Positions 28,765 to 36,530 of a stretch of 48,334 nucleotides of DNA are shown here, one piece after another. Within the stretch, counting starts at the first letter, position 1. Each line of letters opens with the position of its first letter. This DNA is from a candidate division WWE3 bacterium UBA1379 (GTDB taxonomy: Bacteria > Patescibacteriota > WWE3 > UBA101185 > UBA10185). A program made the position numbers and the translations under genes. The stretch covers positions 1 to 48,334 of the forward strand of contig DBRB01000019.1 of assembly GCA_002305475.1 (NCBI GenBank), in the 5' to 3' direction. The notes below the pieces were generated by a model that had not been told where the DNA came from, made no database searches, and saw only the letters and a list, made by a program, of their open reading frames with translations.

Positions 28765-29226
28765 TTAAAATCGAACCGGTATGGATAATCTTTGGTCATT
28801 TTCAGGTAGACCGGAAGGATTAGCCCTATTAATAACCACAAATCCACGATCTGCATCTAAAGGTACAACAAATTCCACTGTTCCTGAATATGGAACAAAC
28901 TCTTCCGTCATCCATTCACCCGCAGTCAGATTTGAAGAACCTATGATGCTACCATCTGCCAAAACAATTCTTACAGGTGCACTTCCTTCAAAAAACCACA
29001 ATCCCCTGGCTTCACCGCTTACAACAAGGGGACTCTTAACAACCGAATTACCCATGGGTTCTTTCACAATTATTAGATCGGGTATCTGGTAGCTAACCTG
29101 CCTGGTATTATCAGATATATCAGATATTGTATTTTCCTGGGAATCTCTGCTTTTTACGACATACAAATAGAAAGAACCTGCAAGCAGGGTAATTAATATC
29201 AAAAACGGGATGATTATTTTTTTCAT
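28765..29226 (-). CDS. Gmad2-type immunoglobulin-like domain protein with N-terminal anchor
   Basis: SPLVVSGEARGLWFFEG..WMTEEFVPY..NPSGLPEN..IPVRF. Confidence 0.85.
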   Translation of the reverse strand: MKKIIIPFLILITLLAGSFYLYVVKSRDSQENTISDISDNTRQVSYQIPDLIIVKEPMGNSVVKSPLVVSGEARGLWFFEGSAPVRIVLADGSIIGSSNLTAGEWMTEEFVPYSGTVEFVVPLDADRGFVVINRANPSGLPENDQRLSIPVRF

Positions 29227-29337
29227 TAGATAAATGATACTTAAAATATATTAAAGATACATTGGAAAATCATAAATAAAATCCCTGTCAGACCGGATAT
29301 AGCTCTGTAATAACGCTTTGATATTTACACAGAATAT

Positions 29338-30588
29338 TTATTTTACAGATGAAGTTACAGGAAGTGATTCTTCCATAACAACATTTCTACCTAGTCGTGC
29401 AACTTTATTCCACGACACATCAGCCCCTTTGATAAAGTTGAGACCTGCTCTTATTGTAATAAAACTAATTATGTGGTTATACCAAAGACTTTCAATTGTT
29501 GAGAGTAATGCCAATCTTCTGTTTTCATTATCAAGAATCAGTGTATAAGTTAGTATAATGCTTTGTAATAACACCATGCCTAAGTAAAATATTAAGAAAC
29601 CAATTAAATTCGAATACAATGCTACTCTAATAATAGATGTAAAAAAGAGCATAGAAATTAATACATCTACCCAAGGAAAAAAAAGAAAGTAAGGAAGCCC
29701 AAATACACCAAGTGAGCCATATTTACGATTGAACAGCATATAAAAATGTTTTCTTATTACCTGGAAACCCCCAAATGTCCATCTATATCTTTGTTTTAGA
29801 AAGTCTGTTATATTTTCCGGAGCTTCCGTATAAGCAATTGCGTTTGAGTTATATGCCACTTTTCTTCCGGCCTTTTGAATAGAAATTGTTATATCCATAT
29901 CTTCGACAATAGTATCGGTTGAATACCCTCCGATTTCCAAAAGTACATCCTTCCTAAAAGCCCCGATTGCACCTGAAATGACTTGCATACAAGATAAATA
30001 CACAAAACTTCTTCGTTGTAGACCAAGACCAGATATATATTCCATAGTTTGATGTTTACTTAGAACATTATTACGATTCGCAACTTTTACATTTCCACCA
30101 ACTGCATATACTTCATCATCTTGAAAAGGTTTAATCAGTTCACAAAGTGTATTAGGAAGAAAAATAGAATCAGCATCTATACACACAACAATGTCACCTT
30201 TAGATTCTTTAATACCTAAATTAAGCGCCGACGCTTTACCTCCATTTTCCTTACATATATACGAAATTTTATTTGGATATTTATTAGCATACTTTCCACC
30301 TACCTTTCGGGTGTTATCTGTACTACCATCATCTACCACTAATATTTCGTAATTTTCAAATTCTTGTTTTATCAAACTTTCTATACAGTGACCGAGAGTG
30401 AGTTCCTCGTTATAACAAGGCACTATTACTGATACAAAAAGCTTTCGACTACAGTTGGTTTTTTTCGTATAAACCCGATTTTTTCTCACGTGCTTATGGG
30501 ACAAAAGCATGAAGAATAAAACCTTAAAGGCTAATACGAATAAAAGAAGATATGAAACTGCTGTAATAAGTTCATTAACAAAATTCAT
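29338..30588 (-). CDS. Processive GT2 glycosyltransferase (PgaC/IcaA-like)
   Basis: DDGS, IDAD, EDMD and QRYRW (QxxRW) motifs plus TM helices. Confidence 0.88.
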   Translation of the reverse strand: MNFVNELITAVSYLLLFVLAFKVLFFMLLSHKHVRKNRVYTKKTNCSRKLFVSVIVPCYNEELTLGHCIESLIKQEFENYEILVVDDGSTDNTRKVGGKYANKYPNKISYICKENGGKASALNLGIKESKGDIVVCIDADSIFLPNTLCELIKPFQDDEVYAVGGNVKVANRNNVLSKHQTMEYISGLGLQRRSFVYLSCMQVISGAIGAFRKDVLLEIGGYSTDTIVEDMDITISIQKAGRKVAYNSNAIAYTEAPENITDFLKQRYRWTFGGFQVIRKHFYMLFNRKYGSLGVFGLPYFLFFPWVDVLISMLFFTSIIRVALYSNLIGFLIFYLGMVLLQSIILTYTLILDNENRRLALLSTIESLWYNHIISFITIRAGLNFIKGADVSWNKVARLGRNVVMEESLPVTSSVK

Positions 30589-30781
30589 TATTAAGTTTTT
30601 TGGGCATGGGAAAATTCGTATCAAATTATTATAAATTACATTATATAACACATTATAGGTTATGTAATACTTTTAAATTTGGTGGTTTGTAACTATGAAT
30701 ACCGGAACATAATAGGAAGTGAATAAAAATTTCTCTATCACTATAAGGTAGTATATTTTGTCTATATTAAATTTAGTAAAT

Positions 30782-30810
30782 AAAAAACTCCCGGAATTAC
30801 TCCCGGGAGA
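30782..30810 (-). terminator. Intrinsic terminator downstream of ugd
   Basis: CTCCCGG...CCGGGAG stem followed by a T run on the minus strand. Confidence 0.75.
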
Positions 30811-30841
30811 TGCTAATCATCCGGTTTGTGAATTGTTTTAA

Positions 30842-32218
30842 TTACTTTCCGTTACCGTTTCTCAGAAGAGCAGAAGCAGACATATAGCTTTCATCTTTCA
30901 GTTCTTCCAAACCATTTGTTCTTTTACCAATTGCAAAGTAGTTAAAACCAGCGCTTTCTACATCTTCTTTGGATAATAGATTTCTTCCGTCATAAATTAC
31001 AGCTTCATTCATTAGACTTTTAACCTTCTTCAGATCAATACCGGCAAATTCCTTCCATTCAGTTAGAATGAATATGGCATCAGCACCTTTTGCCGCATCA
31101 TACATGTCCTTTGCATATTCAATGTTGGCATCACCCAATTCTTTTTTTGCATTCTCCATTGCTTCCGGATCATAAGCCCTGATTGTGGCACCCATACCTC
31201 TTAAAGTTCGGATAACCTCTAAAGATACTGACTCTCTGATATCATCGGTATCTCCCTTGAAAGCCAATCCCAGACAGGCAAAGGTTTTTCCTGACAGATT
31301 CCTGCCGTATTTTCTGGTCACCTTCTTCACAAAGTGAGTTCTTTGCAGGACATTTACTTCCATCACACTTCTTAACAGTTTGAAATCATAAGCCTGATCT
31401 GTTGAAGTCCTATATAGTGCTGCAACATCTTTCGGAAAGCACGAACCTCCGTAACCAATACCAGCATTAAGAAAATGCCTGCCGATTCTTTTATCCAAAC
31501 CCATCCCGTAAGCTACCACCGAAACATCGGCTGCAGCTTTTTCACATAACTGTCCGATTTCATTAATAAAAGATATTTTTGTAGCCAGGAATGCATTTGA
31601 AGCATACTTTATCATTTCTGCTGATCTTAAATCTGCTTCTACAATCGGAGATCCTAAATGTTCATAAAGTTTCTTCATAATATCCAGCGCTTTTTTAGAA
31701 TCACTGCCTATTACCGTTCTATCGGTATTTTTCATATCTTCTACCGAGCAACCTTCCCGTAAAAACTCCGGATTGGATGCCACATCAAATTCAACTTTTG
31801 TTTTCAGATTCTCTTTAACTATCTGTCTGACTTTTTCATTTGTTCCAACCGGTACAGTACTTTTAGTAACAATTACTTTGTAGTCTTTCAAATTCTCCCC
31901 AATTTCTTTTGCTACAGCCCAAACAGCTGATAAGTCCGCAGAACCGCTGTCACTTTGAGGAGTACCTACACAGATAAACACAATTTCCGCATCCTTCATT
32001 CCTTCTGCTAAGGAAGTGGTAAAAATCAATCTCTTATCTTCGATATTCTTTAAAACTATTTCCGCCAGCCCCGGTTCATAAATCGGCATCTCTCCGCTTT
32101 TTATTTTTTCTATTTTCTTCGCATCGATATCTACACCTATAACATCATTCCCCCAGTCGGCAAATATAGCAGCTCCGACTAAACCTACATATCCTGTTCC
32201 GATTACACAAAGTTTCAT
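30842..32218 (-). CDS. ugd: UDP-glucose 6-dehydrogenase
   Basis: GTGYVG, KSTVPVG, NPEFLREG, GYGGSCFPKD. Confidence 0.95.
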   Translation of the reverse strand: MKLCVIGTGYVGLVGAAIFADWGNDVIGVDIDAKKIEKIKSGEMPIYEPGLAEIVLKNIEDKRLIFTTSLAEGMKDAEIVFICVGTPQSDSGSADLSAVWAVAKEIGENLKDYKVIVTKSTVPVGTNEKVRQIVKENLKTKVEFDVASNPEFLREGCSVEDMKNTDRTVIGSDSKKALDIMKKLYEHLGSPIVEADLRSAEMIKYASNAFLATKISFINEIGQLCEKAAADVSVVAYGMGLDKRIGRHFLNAGIGYGGSCFPKDVAALYRTSTDQAYDFKLLRSVMEVNVLQRTHFVKKVTRKYGRNLSGKTFACLGLAFKGDTDDIRESVSLEVIRTLRGMGATIRAYDPEAMENAKKELGDANIEYAKDMYDAAKGADAIFILTEWKEFAGIDLKKVKSLMNEAVIYDGRNLLSKEDVESAGFNYFAIGKRTNGLEELKDESYMSASALLRNGNGK

Positions 32219-32297
32219 AAAAGCTCCTTTTTAGGGCAGAAAAATATTTACTTGTTGCGGAATATTCCACATTTATCTGCTCAATTAAAATGATTTT

Positions 32298-33059
32298 TTA
32301 GCTGTATTTTTTGTATTTACCCTGTATATCAGCTAACCGGATCAACATAACATCCCTAGCCATTTTCCAGGCATTGGAAAGAAAATTAAATCTGGTGGTC
32401 TTTACATAAGTCCAAAGGACAGGCACCTCCTTTATTTTGTAACCAAACTTTCGCGCCAGATATAATTCTTCAACCTCCAGGGCACCAAAAAACGGTTTTT
32501 TGATTTCTTTTGCATTAGGACCGTATACCACAAGTTTGTTAAAAATCCTTTTAACTACTTCCCCTTTAAATAATTTAAAACCACACTGGGAGTCCTGTAT
32601 TCCGGGTAGAGCAATAACCTGAACTAAAAAGTTAAATATTCTTCCCACCATATGTCTGTAAAAAGGTTCTCCTACTCTTTGGGCACCTTTTCCTTCTCTG
32701 GAGCAGATCACCACATCAAAATTCTGATCTTTAAGCCAGACCGAAAGCTTTTTCAGCTCACTGATCGGAGTGGAAAAATCGGCATCCGCCAGATAAACAT
32801 ACTGACCACATGCCCTCCTAACCCCCTCGTACAGGGCAGCCGACTTTCCTTTATGGGGAGCTCTTATTAATGTAATTTCAGGATTATTTTTTGAGTATTC
32901 ATCAACTATATCCGCAGTATTATCCGCACTTCCGTCATCCACCACTATCACCTCAAAAGAGGGAGAAAATGTTCTCATAAAACTCAAAACCTGAGTAAGA
33001 GAAGCGCTGATTTTATCCGATTCGTTGTAAACCGGTATGACTATCGAATATTCAATCAT
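32298..33059 (-). CDS. GT2 polyprenyl-phosphate glycosyltransferase (ALG5/DPG synthase-like)
   Basis: VDDGS, DAD, DSQCGFKLF, EVPVLW. Confidence 0.88.
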   Translation of the reverse strand: MIEYSIVIPVYNESDKISASLTQVLSFMRTFSPSFEVIVVDDGSADNTADIVDEYSKNNPEITLIRAPHKGKSAALYEGVRRACGQYVYLADADFSTPISELKKLSVWLKDQNFDVVICSREGKGAQRVGEPFYRHMVGRIFNFLVQVIALPGIQDSQCGFKLFKGEVVKRIFNKLVVYGPNAKEIKKPFFGALEVEELYLARKFGYKIKEVPVLWTYVKTTRFNFLSNAWKMARDVMLIRLADIQGKYKKYS

Positions 33060-33176
33060 TAAGATGTAAACGCTTCCTTCCGTAGATTAACAGTAAAAAA
33101 ATCATAGGAGGTGAGCGGCCATCCAATCTAGGATCATTATATTTTACACCCAAAAGTACAACCTATGTAAAGCTGG

Positions 33177-34319
33177 CTACTTTGTTTTCCGCCAGATAAT
33201 TCTACTATAAACCGTAAAGTTCCACACCAAACCGATCACTACCCCTATGAAGAACGCCGTATTGGCAACCAAAAACGTATTCCCGAACGTGGCGACAGAA
33301 TAGCCGGTAAACCAACTCCTGAACAAAATTGGTATATATGAGGAAATGTAATACAGAGGGGCATTTCGTAACAATCTGGTTATCGAAGTCACTTTCCTAT
33401 CACTGAATGACCAGTAGTTGTTTAATATATATGTAACGGTCATCGCAACCAAACCGGATATCGCACTGGAGTATCGTGCGGATATTTCCGGCTCCCCAGA
33501 TGAAAAAACTAGTGTACGCAGGATATTAAATAATCCAAGATCCGTAAACAGACCAGCAAAACCCACCACAATAAATCTGAAAAAATTCTGACTTTCTCTA
33601 AGTCTGATTTTTATCACTACTTTGAGAGAATCCATAAAGTTATTCTTTTCCATTTTGGAGTCCCCTCTATCTCTCAGAGCAAAAGCTATCGGAATCTCTT
33701 TGATTTTTGCTCCCTGCTTATACATCCGATACAAAAGATCCTGTTTATAGGCAAACCCTTTTGACAACACACTGTCCAAATCAAGCTTGTCTACAAAACC
33801 CTTTACCCGGGAAGCTTTAAAACCAGTCGAGAAATCATGAACGTTAAATATTCCCAATACCACCCTGGTAAACATACTTCCGCCAAAGCTTAAAAATTTT
33901 CTTTGGAATGACCATTCTTTCGGGATGCTTCCTCCTTTAATAAAACGTGATCCCAAAACATAATCATATCCCTCTTCAACAGCTTGGATTAAGCGGGGTA
34001 TATCTTTGGGATCATGCTGAAAATCCGCATCCATTTCTACAAGGACATCCGCTTGCATTTTTCCCATAGCATGTCTAAATCCACAGATATATGCCGCTCC
34101 AAGACCGGCTTTCTTTTCTTCGGGAAGCAGATGCAGATTCGGATAACTGCTTTGCATTTCTAAGACTTTCTGTCCCGTCCCGTCAGGAGAATTACCATCC
34201 ACTACCAGTATATGAAAGTCATGATGCGGCATTTTTTTAAATTCATCAAAAAGCACGGGAATAAGCCGTGTAATATTATCTACCTCATTATATGTAGGAA
34301 TCACTATAACAATTTTCAT
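33177..34319 (-). CDS. GT2 polyprenol-phosphate mannose synthase (DPM1-like) fused to a GtrA-like flippase domain
   Basis: PTYNE, SPDGTG, MDADFQH, GSRF; C-terminal 4-TM domain RFIVVG..NNYWSF..WNF. Confidence 0.9.
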   Translation of the reverse strand: MKIVIVIPTYNEVDNITRLIPVLFDEFKKMPHHDFHILVVDGNSPDGTGQKVLEMQSSYPNLHLLPEEKKAGLGAAYICGFRHAMGKMQADVLVEMDADFQHDPKDIPRLIQAVEEGYDYVLGSRFIKGGSIPKEWSFQRKFLSFGGSMFTRVVLGIFNVHDFSTGFKASRVKGFVDKLDLDSVLSKGFAYKQDLLYRMYKQGAKIKEIPIAFALRDRGDSKMEKNNFMDSLKVVIKIRLRESQNFFRFIVVGFAGLFTDLGLFNILRTLVFSSGEPEISARYSSAISGLVAMTVTYILNNYWSFSDRKVTSITRLLRNAPLYYISSYIPILFRSWFTGYSVATFGNTFLVANTAFFIGVVIGLVWNFTVYSRIIWRKTK

Positions 34320-34343
34320 ATATTACAGCGTGTGCTGTTGTTT

Positions 34344-34601
34344 CTAGAGGGCAGTTAGAATTGCAAAAACAACGAAAAAAATTACAACCCCCAATAAAAT
34401 ATACTCTCCTATCACTGTCTTTCTTACCCTACCTTCATTAATATGATGCACTATAGCCCATGTTACAAACAGAAGTGAAGATACACCTGCCCCGATGGAC
34501 TGTACAGTGTAATTATGCACAAGCCATATGAAAGGATAAGAAAGTAAAGCTAAAATTACCCCCAAGATTATGTAATAGTTAAGATGTTTTTTACTTTCCA
34601 T
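34344..34601 (-). CDS. Small 3-TM membrane protein
   Basis: WAIVHH..EYIL; TATAAT 6 nt before ATG 34601. Confidence 0.7.
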   Translation of the reverse strand: MESKKHLNYYIILGVILALLSYPFIWLVHNYTVQSIGAGVSSLLFVTWAIVHHINEGRVRKTVIGEYILLGVVIFFVVFAILTAL

Positions 34602-34636
34602 GGAAATATTATACAGTTTCAATATCCCGCTTGTAA

Positions 34637-35644
34637 CTAGAGAATTTTACCGGGCATCAGAGTAAGAAGCATACCTAAACTGGCAATAAGAAACATCAAA
34701 TGAGCCCAGGTATGTCCCGTAACCTTGGCAATTCCATGTTTTTTGGAATACCAGATGTCCAGAGTCATCAGAGCAATCAGGTAAATTACAAACACAACAC
34801 CGATACCTTTAATAGCCATCGCCACATCAATAGCTGGGAGTATCACCGGTTCCGAATCTTTTAACTGCTGAGGTAGTACATTCTGCAGAGGTTTGGGAAG
34901 ATTCGCCACTACTTCCGTATTGGTATCAACCGAATGAGCTGCTTCTTTTTGTGCCGCACTCTCAAGAATCCTTTCCTGATCGGAAGCTGTTGCCAGATGT
35001 GAAATATCCTTCGGTTTTCCAAACATCTGTACCACTACTGTAGTTTCATATCCGTTCAATACCCCATCCACTACTGCAAATCCGATCTCTTCATAATTCT
35101 TATTAAGAAGGTTTTCCTTATGTGAGGGCGAGTTATACCAAGCTTCCACAACATCTTTGGAATTATTAAAATTTTTAGCCAGATTCTCACCTGCATACGC
35201 ATAGTCATAATCTTCTGCCAGAATAAAATCCCACGGTTCATCCCCATCAGGTGAAGTGTGAGCCCAGTAATCATCGGAAAACATATCCTGAGCCTTTTTC
35301 TCCGCTGCTCTGGTGAGTGCTGGATTAAGTCTTAACTCCCCAAGTCCGACCGCAGTTCTTTTCCTGTTAGTCATATCGTATAGTTCTTTTATTTTAATGT
35401 TTGATGCGTAGCCCAAAACTCCTGGAAAAAACCTTGTAAATGCCTTCTGACCCACCATAACAGAAAGAAAAAACAGCGCATAAATAATAAAAGCTTTAGT
35501 TGATAACAAAGTGGCTCTGGACTGTTTTTTAGGATGAGGTACGAAGTAATATATAAACTGATATTTTTCAATACTTGAAGGATCCCTCCTCCATTTGGCT
35601 ATCTTTAGTTGTTTGCTTTTTTTTCTAAGCAGATGCGCGGACAT
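34637..35644 (-). CDS. CAP (SCP-like) domain membrane protein
   Basis: KAQDM..YWAH, AGENLA, AWYNSPSHKEN, EIGFAV, VVQMFG; C-terminal TM helices. Confidence 0.92.
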   Translation of the reverse strand: MSAHLLRKKSKQLKIAKWRRDPSSIEKYQFIYYFVPHPKKQSRATLLSTKAFIIYALFFLSVMVGQKAFTRFFPGVLGYASNIKIKELYDMTNRKRTAVGLGELRLNPALTRAAEKKAQDMFSDDYWAHTSPDGDEPWDFILAEDYDYAYAGENLAKNFNNSKDVVEAWYNSPSHKENLLNKNYEEIGFAVVDGVLNGYETTVVVQMFGKPKDISHLATASDQERILESAAQKEAAHSVDTNTEVVANLPKPLQNVLPQQLKDSEPVILPAIDVAMAIKGIGVVFVIYLIALMTLDIWYSKKHGIAKVTGHTWAHLMFLIASLGMLLTLMPGKIL

Positions 35645-35677
35645 TGAGGATATTATGGCATGAGCCGTAGGTGATGT

Positions 35678-36436
35678 CTAACAATATTGAGCAAGAATTA
35701 AAGGATCATCTTTTGTTATTGCCACCGTAGATTCAAAAAGTCCAGACAGACTGCCGTCTGCTGTTTTTAAAGTCCAACCATCGGCATCCGTTTTAATTTT
35801 CGGCTTGCCCTTCTGATAGATAACTTCAATCGCCAGAACCATTCCTTCCTTTAAAATCGGCCCATCTTTCTTTCTCCCGTATCCAGGAACATACGGATCT
35901 TCATGCAGATCAGCTCCTACTCCATGACCAACTAAATCCAGGCTTACCGTATAACCTGCTTTCTCAATCACAGTCTGAATGGTATTTGAGATATTACCTA
36001 CCCGGTTTCCAAGCACACAGTTTTTAATTGCACTGTCCAAAGCTTTTTTCCCGGCATCCAGAAACTTCTCCTCCTTGGCAGTTTTTCCCGGGGCAACCAC
36101 TTCAACTGTCCATGACACATCCGTATGCAGTCCTTTATATAAAACGCCAAGATCAATACTAACCAGGTCTCCTTCTTTTAAACGATAGGAATTCGGAATT
36201 CCATGCACAATACCATCATTCACATTAATACAGGTTGCATACCTATAATCATCAACTGTTTTAAAGGAAGGTTTTCCACCATGAGTAACAATATAGTCTT
36301 CAGATATGGAATCCAATTCTTTCAGCGAAATACCCGGCTTTACTGCTTCTACAGCAGTTTTGAGAGCTTCGGAAGATATCTTTCCGCCTTCCTGCATAAT
36401 ATTTATCTGTTGCATTGTTTTTATAGGTATATACAT
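35678..36436 (-). CDS. map: Methionine aminopeptidase type I
   Basis: VHGIP, IDLG..HTD, GHGVG..LHEDP, AIE, FESTV. Confidence 0.96.
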   Translation of the reverse strand: MYIPIKTMQQINIMQEGGKISSEALKTAVEAVKPGISLKELDSISEDYIVTHGGKPSFKTVDDYRYATCINVNDGIVHGIPNSYRLKEGDLVSIDLGVLYKGLHTDVSWTVEVVAPGKTAKEEKFLDAGKKALDSAIKNCVLGNRVGNISNTIQTVIEKAGYTVSLDLVGHGVGADLHEDPYVPGYGRKKDGPILKEGMVLAIEVIYQKGKPKIKTDADGWTLKTADGSLSGLFESTVAITKDDPLILAQYC

Positions 36437-36530
36437 ATATTGACCTTCGTTGATATTATATCAGCTTTTTTGCTGAATAATGCGTAATAACTATTGATCT
36501 ACATCTATACAATTTATAGAATTAATTATT

